Shown in pieces: positions 25,386-37,830 of a stretch of DNA of 64,000 nucleotides; position 1 is the first letter of the stretch, and each line of letters begins with the position of its first letter. This stretch comes from Lama guanicoe (Eukaryota), in contig MU053934.1 of the NCBI GenBank assembly GCA_013239625.1, positions 9,939,352 to 10,003,351 of the forward strand, read 5' to 3'. A model generated the notes under the pieces. The model was not told the origin of the DNA and made no database searches. It saw only the letters and a list, made by a program, of their open reading frames with translations. A program made the translations under genes and the position numbers.

Positions 25386-28300
25386 GGGATGTTCGAGGTG
25401 CTCGCCACTGGCCCTGTGTGTGGCGTTGCACCCCCACCCCCGCCCTTCGTGAGACCCTCTCAGCCCCCGACAGATGGAACAGGAGCACACGTGGTCCAAG
25501 GTCCGGGTTGGGGGGGCGCTGCTCCGTCGCCGTGGCGTCTGCAGCAGGTCGGGATAGAGGGTCCTGTGCTGAGGCCTGGAGGGGCCAGTTCTGCAGCACA
25601 CGGCGTCCAGGACCCGCAGCCGAAGGCCGGGTAACTGCCGAAGAGGCCACGATTTAGACTCTAAGGTTGGAGGGCGTCCCAGGGGCAGGGGAGGCCTGCG
25701 TAGAGACCTGGGGGCCAGAAGCCAGCTGCCACTCGCCTTCACGGCCCCTGGACGCCCTGGGTCCTGCTGGAGGCTGGTCAGGACGCAGCCCCTTGAGCGA
25801 GCAGCTCGGCACTCTCCCCCCGGCAGGGGCTTGGCCTCCTGTTCTTCTCTGTCCGAGAGGAGGGTGAAGGTTGTGCAGAGTTGTGTTGTCTCTGCTCTGT
25901 GCAAGGAGCCGCCCGCGCCCTGCACTGTAATGACCTAATGTGTCACCGAGGGAGCGGGCCCGTGGCACCCACCGTAGTGGGGTCTCATTGGTGTTTCAGG
26001 CCTAGGGAGAGTCGGGTGTCCTCGCGGGAGCCGCTGCTCAGGGAAGAGACTTGGAGGTGAGAAACAGTCAGAATGCTGGTCGGTTTTATTTATGGAGCTG
26101 TCTCTGTGTCACCAGGAAGGGAGACACCTGGAAAAGGCGGGAAGTCTTCTTGTAGCTTTGCTGGGAGCTGGGACGAGTGGATTTGCCAGGCTGTGTCCAG
26201 AGGTCCTTGTCTGTGGGGTCACTGTCCCCTCACTGGGTTGGGTGCGGGGTGGCTGTGAGGAGTGCGGAGAGCAGGGCTGCGGGTCTCCTGGGAGGAGGGA
26301 GGAGCCTGTTGGTCTGGGTTCCGCAGAGCTCCCACCCCGGGAAGGCCCAGGAGAGGAAGGGGCAGCTTGAAGGGTGAAGGTACCTGTGGGCAGGGCCGAG
26401 GAGGCCTTGTCAGGGAGCCCATGGTAAAAGGACGCGGCCGGAGACCCCCTGTGTTCACGTGGTGGGACCCAGCTGCACCTGACCTTTCACAGGAGGGAGA
26501 TGTGGGGAAGGGGGTTCAGGGGCGTTGTGGAAAATGTGGTTTCCTGCTGACGACGCTGAGGATGGAGGAGGCATCTGGGGCTGACTTGACCTTCTGATGG
26601 AGCCAAGGTCCGCAGAGGCAGCTGGGGTGCGTGTGGGTGCTGGGGTTCAGAGGAGCAGACGGGAAAGCACCGAACACCCTGACTGCGGCGGTGTGGGATC
26701 CCTCACCTCTGTCCTCCGCACGTGAAGCTCCCTGGCCTGTGAGTCCAGCCAGGCTGGTCCTTGGAGGCAGCCAGCAGGGCTGCACGAACCCCCCTCCACC
26801 CCACAGTCGAGCCTGTGGCCGCTCCCCCCGGGACATGTCTCTGAGGAGGCTCCCTGGGACCTTCATGCACTTGCTCACCTGCTGAGCCTTGATTGAGCAC
26901 CTACTGTAAGCCAGGCCCTCTATGGTGGCAGGGGGTGGGCTCAGAAATGGGTCCCACGGGAGGGGGTCTAGCTACACCCTGCAGGCACTCAGGAGGGCAG
27001 AGGGTCTCCATGTGGTGCCAGAGCCCCGGCTCTCCCACTGCCAGGGGGTGTGAGTCCTTTTGGAAGAAGGCCCAGGGCCCCATCTGCTGAGGCCAGCTCT
27101 GGCCCCAGGACAGGAGAGCTGCCTCCCCAGAGTCCAGGGTCCCACAGGGAGCTGTGTCCCATCTGGCTCTGGGGCCAGTTCACCCACATGAGGTGGCTGG
27201 GGGGAGCCACGGACGCCCACTCTGGGCAGGGTGTAGCACTTGGTCAGTCTTACACTGCCAGGTTTAGTGTGGGGCCGAGTGGAGGTCCCCGTGGAGACTG
27301 GGGCTCCCGGGCTGATCACATGTTAGGGCTCTGGACTCCTGATTGCAGAGTGGCCGCTGCCACCTCAAAGCAGGTGTTGTGTGTGCAAGGACGTCACAGG
27401 TGGGGACTCTGAATGTCTCGACTCCTCAGGTCCCCGGGAGCCCCGGTGTAAAGGGGGAGGCCGGGGCCCGAGCTGTGGGGCTGGCGTGCCTGCTGTCCAG
27501 ATGACGATGTCCTTCAGGTGCTGATGACCTTGTCCTGGGCAGTGGTGCCGTTTGTTGAATCCCTGCTGTGGCCCTCCCCCACCCGGGTGTCCCCCCGCCC
27601 GGTCCTTGGCCAGCCTGGTGCGGATGTGCTGCCGACAACTTGCTGTGCTGCTCACCGCATCTTTCCTGGCTGCCCCCGAGCCAGGCTGGGTCCTGTGCTG
27701 TCACAAACAGGGAAGCAGACGGGCCGTCCCTCTGGGGCCTGAGTTGGGGGTCCTGCAGGTGAACGTGACTCGGGAGTGCGGCTTGTTTACCGGGGTCATG
27801 TTTGCTGAGCCCGCCTGTGGAGCTGGTCATCTCTAGGATTCTCCTCCCAGCACCCAGGGAGGCCCTCTGTTCCCAACAGGAAAGAGCAAGACCCATGAGA
27901 GAAGACGACAAAGGGCTTCGTTAGCTTGGCTGGGGGAGGAGTGTCAGCGGGTCTCCCTGGGGAAACGGCATCCAAGTCTGCACTGAAGTCAAGGGGCACC
28001 AGCAGGTGCAAAGGCCCTGGGGCAGGATCAGACTGGGGAGGCATTTGGAGACGTAAGAGGATTCCTGTGGTTTGACCCCAAAGAGGCAAGGTGAGAGGAG
28101 GCGCAGAGGGAGTCAGAGCCAGGAGTCGGGTGGGGCCTCGGGCTGGATTTGGGAAGCCCCGGCCCAGTGTCAAGCAGGGCCGTGTCAGGTTCTGATGATG
28201 TCTGCCTCCGGAACCTCTGACTGCTGTTTGGAGGCCGACTAGGGTGAGAGTGGAGCTGGGAGCCAGTTAGGAACCAGGGTGGGGCCAGAAGCGAGCAGCA

Positions 28301-31300
28301 CGTGTGGATTTGGGGGGGCATGGAGGAAGAATCCGGACGTGTGTGGGGGTGAGGTCCCCCCATCTGCACCTGGCTCAGGTCCTCTCTGCTGTAAGTTAGC
28401 CAGGCTGAGATGAGGGCGGGGCAGAGCCCCTTCTGTGGGCTCCAGCAGCCCTGGAGCAGGGGTCCTCCCTCGCTGCTTGGCCTGGGTGGACTCTGCTTCT
28501 GAGTCTTAACTCAGCAGTGTCCCCAAGGCCCTGGGCAGAGGCTGGCCCCTCCTTCCTGATCACCCTTTGTGTGGCCCCTTTACAGAGCCTGTTCTGTGCC
28601 CCCGGGAGGTGGGTGTGGAGGCCTTGTTCCTCAGGGAAGCAGCTCCACCTCGGGATTGAAGGGGTCTCTGGAGCCAGGCGGGAGGCTCCCTGTGGGGTCG
28701 GCATGGTGTCCACCCACACCCCCTGCCCGGAGGGTCTTCTCCCAGAGGGTCTGGGTGGGAGGGGCCCGCAGGGCACTGAAGAATGCAGGGTGAGCAGGGA
28801 GATCCTGCAGGTGGCGGAGAAGGGCCCGGGCACTCAAATATTTACCCAGCAGATAGGCCCCTGTGTTCAGCAAACCTAAACAGTTTTCACCGGTTAGTGG
28901 TGAAGCCTGGCGGGTCACGAACTCCCAGGTGTGCGGTGGGGCTGGGGACACGCTGGAGCCCCCTCCCTCCAGGCAGCAGGGTCTCCTGACCTTCGGCCTC
29001 TCCCGGTCTCCCCAAGGCCTGTCTGTCTGGGGCTGTGGCTGCCTACTGACCTTGGCCTAAATCTCAGGGTCTTGGGCTCAGCCCTATGTCCTCAGGTCTG
29101 GTAAGGCGGCCAGGACAGGAAAGGGAGCTGCTGGGTCCCACTGAGCCCCGTCCTACCCAGGAAGAAGGCACCAGGGCTGTGAGGATCTCTCTGCCATGAG
29201 GGCAGCGGAAGCCTGCCTGCAGCCCCAGGCACTTGTCAGACCCCCAGGGTGTCCCGGCCCCGGGGGCGCCAGTCCTCGCCTCTGATGCTGGCGGATTGAT
29301 GGGTCCCACTCCTAGGGCTCAGGGATGCCTTCTGGGACTCACACAGACGTGGCTGTTCCGTGGCTGTTCCCTACCTCCCGGACCACGGCCACAACAAGCC
29401 ACGCTCAGGGCCGACTCCTGGGTAGAGGCAGCGCTGAGATGACCCTTGGTCCTGGAACCCACTGCTGCCCTGAAAAGCAGCCTTGGTCCCATCGGACAGG
29501 TTACCCCGGGCTGTCACGGTGCCAGCACGGCCGGCTGCCGGCCTTCGGGCCGGGCCAGCGTTGTCCTTCAGAGTTCACGTTGTCCTGTCCTGGGGCGGCT
29601 CAGCCTGCTCCCCTGTGGTTTCTCCACGGCTGTGGGGAAGACCCCCTTGGAAGTGGCCGGTGGAGGCCGGGGGTGGGGTTCCTGGGGCTCATCATGCCTC
29701 CTGGCCGTGGGCTGATGTTCCCCGGGGGTCCTGTGCTCTGGACGCCGCAGGCCAAGCCCAGAAGCAGGTCTGCAGCTCCTGGAGCCCAGGAGGAGGCTGT
29801 GGCATCTGCGGCTGGGGGAGGGGCAGGCCCCTGTGCTCACAGGTGTGCTGGGGTTACACCCTGCAGAGCAGAGCTCGCGGGAGTCCGCACCGCCCCAGTC
29901 TGTGCCGCTGTCATCATCACCGAGGGCCTCAGGGGAGCTGGGTCTGGGTGAGGAAGCTCTGTCTGAGGGCGGTGGGCTGAGCTGCAGGTGGGGAGCAAAA
30001 TCCTGCCCTGTAGTGGCCTGAGTGGTCCCTTCCCTTGCTCGTGACCATCTCAGGGACTCTGGTGGGCGCTGCCCCCCTCGCCCAGACGCGTCCCCCGCCA
30101 GTCCCCGGGGCTGGATCCTTCTCCGCCACAGCCCGCTCACTCTGTCCTCCACTGAGGCTCACTGAGCAGGGCTGCTCTTGCTGCCCGACTCCCCCAGGGG
30201 GTGGCTCTCTGTCCTGCTCACCTCTTTATCGCGAGCGTCCAGAGCGTGACTGGCACACGAGACTGCCCCGTGCTCGCTGGCGGAGTGGCTGATGTGGACT
30301 CTCAGCAGCTCAGGTTCAGCCTGGCCAGGACACCGGGTTTGTCTTACAACTTGAGCTGTTTGCTGAAAAGGGGAAATGGGATCGTCAGCCCGGAGCAGCT
30401 GCCCGTGGCGGGGCTGTCAGCCTGGGAGTGGGTGTCTGATGAGGGTGTGACTCTCCACGTCCCCACTGCTCCTGTGTCCCATGTGCACCAGGGAGCCTCG
30501 CCCTAGGATGCTGGAAGGTCGAGGCGGCATCCGGGTCTGTGTCTCCGTCCGTGTCCATGGCCTGTCTGTCCCAGCAGGTGGTGGCTCCTCTGGGTGCCAT
30601 AGAGAGCCCTAGGAAGAGAGGGCTTACGTCCAGGGGATGCAGGAGGTGGGCAGCGAGGATGAGGACTGTGTCATCGTGGGGTTGTGACGAGCCAGAGTCC
30701 ACTCTGGACCCAGTTGAGAAACGAGAAAGTGATCCCTGGCAGGACTGGGGCCTCGTGTCTGCAGGCGCCATCGGGTGGCTTAAGGGCTTCAGGTGGGCTC
30801 GGTTCCACCTTGCTGTGATTTCCCTGGTGCAGCGGACTCGGGGCAGAATCCCCAGAGTCACAGGGTGCCCACCGCTGGCTGTCATCCCCTAAGCGCTTGT
30901 GGCATGACCGAGTGGGGAGGGGCTCTGCAGGACGGGGACCCGGGTGCAGCCGGGCTGTGCTCACTCCTGTGGGGGAGACCGGAGCTCCTTCCCTCGCTCT
31001 TGAGTCAGTGGGTGATAGTTCCACTACCTGGGGCTCTGGTCTGGAGGTGCAGCAGGACCATGACTCCCTCCCCTGCCTCTGCTTGTGACCTTGGGCTTCC
31101 TGCGTGGCGGGTGCCGCCCTGGCGTAGGTGTGGTAGGTGGTGCTCGCAAGCTTTCCTGAGGAGGGGGTGGTTCTCTCCCTGTGGGCACCTTGCTCCCATC
31201 GTCCCCACAGCCTGGCCAGGCCTCCCTGCCCCCCGGCAGCGTCCAGGTCAGAGGAAAGCTGGAATCTCCGCCCTGGATCGGAACTTAGCTCAGGAGCATC

Positions 31301-31923
31301 CACATCTCCCAGGAAGCTTTGCAGGACTTGCGTCAGGCTGGGTTGGGCCCCTTCGTCGGTTCATAACTCACTTCTTCAGCAAGATGAGCTGGTGTGCTTG
31401 AAGGCACAGAAAGTGCAGGATTGGATTGTGTACAAAGCGGCTGCTGGCACCCTCTGGCTTGCCCTCGTCCCCTCCTGCTCCCTGCGCCCAGCTGCCGGAG
31501 CCATGGCCTTCTGCAGCCCTGACCACCTCCCATGCACAGCTCTCTCCGAGAAGTCCAGGCAGCCCTGGGGAGGGCAGAGCCCAGGCCTGACCCAGATGGT
31601 CCGCATCCTCACTGCGGCCCTCGGCCTGGCCCTGGCTGCTCCCAGCCTGGAGTCGGAGGACTCCTGTCCTCAGGTGTGGGCGGGGTGGCTGCTCCCTGTC
31701 TCTGGTGACATGTGGCTGGTTCAGGCCATCTGGACACCGAGATCTTGCCCCATCTGAGTAGGAGAAGCCCTGATGGAGAGACTCCTGTAGGTGCTCCCCC
31801 CACCCCCGAAGGAGCAAGGGCGCTGCTGCCTGAGTGCTCGGCAGACCAGCCCTCCCTCGGCCCCTCTGCGGGGCGGCGGGGCGGTCCGCGGGACGCTCAC
31901 CTGGCGCTGCCCTTCCCTCACAG

Positions 31924-32044
31924 AGGAGGAGCTCCGGAAGCTGCGCGAAGAAACCAACTCGGAGATGCTGCGGCAGGAGCTGGACCGGGAGCGGCAGCGG
32001 CGGATGGAGCTGGAGCAGAAGGTCCAGGAGGTGCTGAAGGCCAG
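31924..32044 (+). CDS. GRAMD4: GRAMD4 coding exon 3 (coiled coil)
   Basis: ccctcacag|(Q)EELRKLREETNSEMLRQELDRERQRRMELEQKVQEVLKA|gtgagg; 121 nt, ends phase 2. Confidence 0.97.
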
Positions 32045-32182
32045 GTGAGGAGGAGGGGAGGCCGGGCGAGGAGGAGGCGAGGCCAGGCGAGGAGATGCTC
32101 AGGGCCAGGTGAGGACCAAGTGAGGAGTGGGACCAGGTGAGGTGCCCAAGGCCAGGTGAGGAGGGAGTGAAGGCCAGGTGAC
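32039..32182 (+). repeat. Degenerate tandem array of a (G)GCCAGGTGAGGAG-like unit
   Basis: About 8 variable copies starting at the GRAMD4 coding exon 3 donor. Confidence 0.85.
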
Positions 32183-34031
32183 ACCATCGCCCAGGCAGTG
32201 TTGCCCTGTCTGTAGTGGGGGTTCCCTGAGTCAAGATCTTGCTCAAATCCGGAAGTGGCCGGCCCCGGGAGCAGACACACCTCCAGCCCCCAGTGCTGTG
32301 TGGCTCCTGCTGGCGCCCCGTCTCTGCCCTCCTCAATAGGACGGGGCTGTCACAGTCTCTCCAGGAGTCCTGCTGCCCCTCCCCTCATCCTTTTGGTCTC
32401 AGCCGAGAACTCAGGTCCAGTCACCCTCCTGGCTCCTGGGCTGACGGGCCTGGTGACTGTGTGTACACGTGCCCCGGGCAGGGGGCCTGAGGTCTCTGCT
32501 GAGTGGGGGTGCCCCCCCCAGGCCTCCTCAGCCCTCACAGCCCCTCCTGGGCCCAGAGCATTATGAGGGTCAGAGGGTGAGTGGTGATTGTGGGCCTGGC
32601 CCAGACTCTCTGGGTCAAGTCCTGTCTGTGCCGGTCATGAGCTGTGATCAAGGTCAAGGTGCCTCGGGGCCTTTGTCTGGGGAAGAGGGGGTGGAGGAAC
32701 CCTGTTCCACAGCAGGAGGGATGGAGGAGTCACAGAGCCTGCCACGAGCGGCCTGGCCGGGCAGGGCTGCCTCACGTCCCCCAAGTCTTGGCCAGCAGTC
32801 ACCCCCCAGCTCCTGGCAGGGCCTTCCCAGGACCTGAGACCCTGCCCACCCTGCCTCTGTGCTTTCCCACGCTCACCGCCCTCCCCTGCCCCCACCGCCC
32901 ACCTGGACATGTCCCTGCCCCGAGCCCCCGACAGTAGTCCCGGCACCGCACCTGCGTCACCCTGCTGTACCCGTGACCTCGGGGTCAGCCTGCCCTGGAT
33001 GGTCACCTCTTTCCATTGGGGTCCTCCGTCCCCAGGCTGCCAGGTGACACCCCAGCTTCTGGAGGGGGTGACATGGACCGTGCTGCAAGATGGCACTCCT
33101 CTGGCACGCGGCCTCCTCCAGTGCCCCACACCTCTGCCTGCATGAACTTGGCCTCTGCCTCGGGGTGCCACCAGCGAGAGGCAGGTCATGCCAGAGGGGT
33201 GTTCCCGGATTCTAAGAGCTGTGCTCTTCCCGTTCTGATAAACCCTCACGAGTCTCTTCTTCTGTGTGGCATCCCAGCCAGCAGCCTGGTAGATGAGGCC
33301 ACCGAAGTCCCCACTGCCCCTTCGGTCCCCTCCGGCCCCACACCACCTTTGTCCAGGCCCTCTGCGGTCTGAGTGGACAGCTCTCTCCAGCTTGGGGCAG
33401 CCCAGCCAGAGCCGGCTTCTCTGTGAAGAGGCCGAGTGTCACTGTCCTTCTTGACATTTGTAACCCCGCAGCTGAGGGTTCCAGGAGAGGAACACGCAGG
33501 CCAGGACCAGGAAGTAGGAGCTGCAGGTCCGAGGAGCGTGGAGGGGCCGCTCCCCTGCTTTCAGGGTGGGGAGGTTAGGGTTTAGGAACCTTCTGGAAGC
33601 TGAGACCTGAAGGAGGAGGGGTGCAGGGAAAGCAAGTTCCGGGCAAGGCCTCCTCCTGCCTGGTCGACATCCTGGTGCCCATCTGGGTGGGCACGCATGT
33701 GGGGACCCCGTTCACGGCGGGGCACACACACATGCATCACACACACACAGGCTGGGAGTGGAACATGGTGACTATGTTTACACAAACCTCTGTTTTGTTT
33801 TTTAAGAAAATTCTGGGAAAATCACCTTGGTTTAAGCTTACTTACTTGTTAAGGTGAAGGTCGTCTCCAGTTAATGGGTTCAAAAGCACCATGGAGACAT
33901 TGCCCTTTGACCTCCACCAGCCTGTGGTCTGGTCTTGCCCGGAGCCCTGTCCTGGGGTTTGCTCGCAGAGGGCACCTCCTATGGCTCCTGTGCCCTCCTG
34001 GCCACATCGTGGCCTTGGCCAGGGGCGCAAA

Positions 34032-34207
34032 GTGTGACTGTCCCGTGCGCCCAGCCCACTCCCCCCCAACACGGGCCCCTGGCATCACGCTCCGTGTCGA
34101 TCTCCGGTGTCTGCCCGTGTGTGACCGTCCCGTGCGCCCAGCCCGCTCCTGCACTCGACACGGGCCCCTGGCATCGCGCTCTACGTGTCGGGCTCCAGCG
34201 TCTGCCC
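34032..34207 (+). repeat. Tandem duplication, about 87-nt unit x2
   Basis: gtgtgac(t/c)gtcccgtgcgcccagccc...acacgggcccctggcatc...gtgtcg...tctgccc starting at 34032 and 34119. Confidence 0.9.
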
Positions 34208-35175
34208 TGAGGCCTCGGGTCCTTGCCGGCAGGAAAACTAGACTTTAGTAAAGTGGTTCCTGACGCTCCACTCCAGATTGTGCGGCTGGTGGTTGGACAG
34301 CAGCGTAGGTGGCTCAGAGACGTCATGGAAGGCCCCCAGCTGTCAGGGATGCAAGGGCCCTTTTCTTGTGGCGTTGTGTTGCTCCAAGGCCACCGGCTCA
34401 CGTCTGCTCACCCTGGTCACCTGGAGCTGCGGGCCGGCCCCCTGCTGGGAGCGTTTGGGCTGCTGCAGGCCGTCTGCCTGTCCTCCTTTTAACTTGTAAA
34501 GCATTCACTGCTGCAGCTCTGTGCTCAGTCGGCTTCCTAAGAGGCAGTCGAGATTCCACACCTGGCGTGACCGGAGGGAGGTGAAGTCCCTGCCCCTGGG
34601 AGCACCTGCACCCGAGTCTCCAGGCATCTTTCTCCGAAGGCAGCTTGCAGCCCATGAGTACCTGAACACCTGCTCGTCTCTGGCAGGTGATGGGGCTGGA
34701 ACGATCACACAGCCTTTGTGCAGGATCAGCGTCATCAGGTGCCAGCCCAGCAGTAAACAGTAACACGCAGGACGCTCCAGGCAGCCCCAGCCTGCCTGTG
34801 GCTTAGCGAGCTGGTGTCCTCCAGGCCTGCGAGCCCTCAGTCACACGCCTGGGCCTGGGCCTGGGCCTGGGCGGGAGCCTGTTGTTGGTGCTTCCTGGGT
34901 GAGCCGCCTCTTCTGGGAATGTCCTGGTGCAGAGGCCTGGACGCCTGCCCAGGAACGGGGGGCACCCAGCCAGGGCACGGGAGTTGCCGGCATGCCCAGC
35001 TCCCCTCCTGTTCCTGAAATATCCTCACTGGTCAGCAGCTCTGGACGTGGACGGTCGCCTGGGCAGCCTGGCCACGGGGGGCAGGGGGTGTAGAGGCCCA
35101 GTGGCCTCCTCCTTGACTGTGGCTCCTTTCTCTGGGACCCCTCCCGGTCCACTGCTTCAGGAGGCTGTCAGACCT

Positions 35176-35309
35176 GAGGGGAGGGTTTAGCTTAAGTGGT
35201 TGAGTGCATGCTTAGCACATGTGAGGTCCTGGGCTCAATCCCCAGTACCTCCTCTAAGAATAAATGTAAGGAAACCTAATTACCTACGCCCACCAAAAAA
35301 AAAAAAAAA
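35176..35309 (+). mobile_element. tRNA-derived SINE (camelid Vic-1-like)
   Basis: ggggagggtttagcttaagtggttgagtgcatgcttagc...gaggtcctgggctcaatccccagtacctcc...aaacctaattacct then A15; degenerate TSD gaggctg..cct on both sides. Confidence 0.88.
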
Positions 35310-36306
35310 GAGGCTGCCGGCCTCACCCCCTGCCTGCCCTGCTCTGTCCTCTGTGCCTCCTGCACTAACACGACATGGCGGTGATGGGTTCCAGTTGCGG
35401 GTCACAAGCCCACGGACTGGGTGGGTTCACGGAGATGCTGGAGTGAAATCACGCTGTGTACACAAAACAGAATGCTGAAGGTGTGCACGTGGGGAGGGCC
35501 CCCCAGCCACGCTGTCTCTGCCCTGGGGGAGTCCTCTGTGCCCCCCAGCCCCCATGAAGGTTTGCCTGGGGTGCCGCTTTTCCCACGTTCTGGGGTCTGC
35601 TGGACGGGGGGCCGCGGGAGCAGTGTGGTGTATCAGCAGCCCAGGCCAGTGCCGGGCGAGGAGGGCAGGCGGACTGGCCAGTCAGTGACGGAGCACTGCC
35701 CAACGTATGGGGCCAGGCCTTTGGCTGGGGGCCAGTCTGTCAGGGCCTGTGGCTGGAAATCAGGCCCACTGTCAGCATCCAGCAGGTGGACAGGAATTCC
35801 AGGGAGGGCTCTGAGGCCAGGCGAGTCCTGTGGTCGGGGACGGCTGGGCTGCAGGGCAGGGAGCCGGGCAGGTGGCTGGCGTGGACCGAGCTGGGCCGTG
35901 TGTGCAGGGGGCGGGGGTCACTCAGCCTGCGGCTTTGCATGGTGCTTGCTGAATATGCGTGTTGATAAATCTTTTCCACTGGCAGGCTAGTTAATTAGTA
36001 CAAGAGCTAGTTGTTCCGAGCTGAGTAATAAGTAAAGACCCAAATGTGCTAAAAGTAACAGGAAAGAAAAGAGTTGTGTGCTTGAGACGCTGTTCATTTG
36101 GTCGGCAAGAACCAGCAGGCGCGCCCGTTAGGCGTGCAGCTCTGCGCCTGCCCTCGCAGCCGGCGTCTGAGCCGTCAGGAGCCCAGAGGGCTCCCGGTGG
36201 GTCGGAACAGGCACCGCTGTGTGCAGCACAGCTCCCGTGAGAGCCTTGCAAAGCCCAACACACCTTGAACTGACAGAAGTCTTGCTTCTTGTCTCCCCTC
36301 TTTAAG

Positions 36307-36368
36307 AACCGAGGAGCCGCCAGCTCAGCAGCCCGTGAGAGGCCAGGCCCAGGTCAATAACGGAGCAG
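36307..36368 (+). CDS. GRAMD4: GRAMD4 coding exon 4
   Basis: cctctttaag|(R)TEEPPAQQPVRGQAQVNNGA|gtaggc; 62 nt, ends phase 1. Confidence 0.93.
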
Positions 36369-37589
36369 GTAGGCCTGCAGGCAGCGGGTGGGTGGGCTCT
36401 GTCCCCGGGTGCCCCTGCTCACCTCCGGGGACCTCCTCCCTTGGGGACTGGGTTCGTGTCTCTAATTACGAGTTGGGGGGTCTTCATAGCAGATGCAAGT
36501 TGTTCAAGCAAAACACAACACTTTTTTCGTGAAAGTGCGAGGCAGCACCGGCCCGGCCCTTCCCCAAAGACAAGTCAGGTCGGGGTCACACTGGCTGCTT
36601 GGCCCCAGCCTGCTTGCCTGTTTCCAAAGGCTGGTTGTCCCAACAAGGGGGTGAGTGGGCAGTGGGGGTGCCCCAGCCCCCCAGTCGGAACCCAGAACCC
36701 CTTTCCGGGTCTTGTCTTTCCGCCCCAAGCTCGCGCCCTGTCTCACCCCACACTCTGCACGTTCTGAAGTTGTCATTCAGAGGGTGGCGTGGGAGCAGAC
36801 CGGGCTTCCATCCAGCTCTCGGGGGACCTGGTCCACGGTGGGCCCTGGGCCGCGTGGCCTCGCACTAGGGCCCCTGCAGGCTGATTGTGGGCGGGAAGCC
36901 CCCTGCCTGGGCCAGGGCTCAGAAAGCTACAGCAGAAGGGCCTTCGGTTAAACCCTGCCTGGCTGAAGATGTGGAACCCAGGTCCCGGAGGGAAGGCCTC
37001 TCCCAGGGTGACCCGCCATGGGGAGGCTGAGCTGGAACCAGAGCCGGATGCTCGCCCCGTTCCCGCCCAGTTCAGGGCCTTACTGCACCTGCCTTCCGGA
37101 GAGGAAGATGCCCTTCCTGGGGCCCCAGAGCTGGACATGCCACGGGCCAGGTTGTGTGCAGGATTGGCTGCTGCATCCAGTGGGGCAGAGTCCTCTCAGG
37201 TTCCCAGGGTTCATGACCACTGGCCCAGGTTCCAAGCCAGGAGCAGCACAAGGGAGCCCCCAGGACCCCTGCTATGGGTGGCAATTAGTGAGCATCCTGC
37301 ACTTGTGGGAAGTGTCAGAGGAGAGTCTTTCCACCCCAGCCCCTTGGGTCCCCACAGCCACCTGCTCTGAGGGCCAGTCCTTAAGCTGAGGTCCATTCTG
37401 ATAGCTGTGGTCACTGCGAAGCGGGCTCTGTGTGGGAGGCAGGGGGTGTGGTGAAGGGAGGGAAGGACCCAGCAAGTACAGCCCTGAGGATGTGGGGGTG
37501 GGGACGGGGGTCTGCGTGGTCCCGGGACGGGGCAGGGCTCAGGAGCGCCGTGAGACCTGTCCACTTGGGCAGTGCACCTGGCCCCGACC

Positions 37590-37830
37590 CGGGGTTGGCA
37601 AACCACAGCTCCGCATCTGGTTTTACATTTTTAAAATGCTTTTAAATCCTTTTAAACGATTGGGAAAAAAGCAAAAGAATCTTTGACAATTGAATGTTAC
37701 ACGAATGTCAGGTTTCAGCATTGTGAGTTGGGTTTCACGGGAGTGCAGCCGGGCCCGTCCACTGTCCACGGCTGCTCTCCAGGCCCTTGCAGTGCCGGCC
37801 CCTGCGTGGACTCTCACCCTAAAAACCCTG
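37590..37830 (+). mobile_element. MER58B-like hAT-Charlie element
   Basis: ggggttggcaaac terminal motif, ttttacatttttaaa, aaaaaagcaaaagaa, tttcagc, gtccacggctgct. Confidence 0.6.

Noticed and set aside
32039-32182. CRISPR-like repeat-spacer array
   Set aside because: Mammalian intron; repeats are short and degenerate with irregular spacing, and there are no cas genes
35176-35309. tRNA-like sequences here and at 58838 and 59078 as tRNA genes
   Set aside because: A-rich tails, TSDs (for two of the three) and degenerate stems mark them as tRNA-derived SINEs
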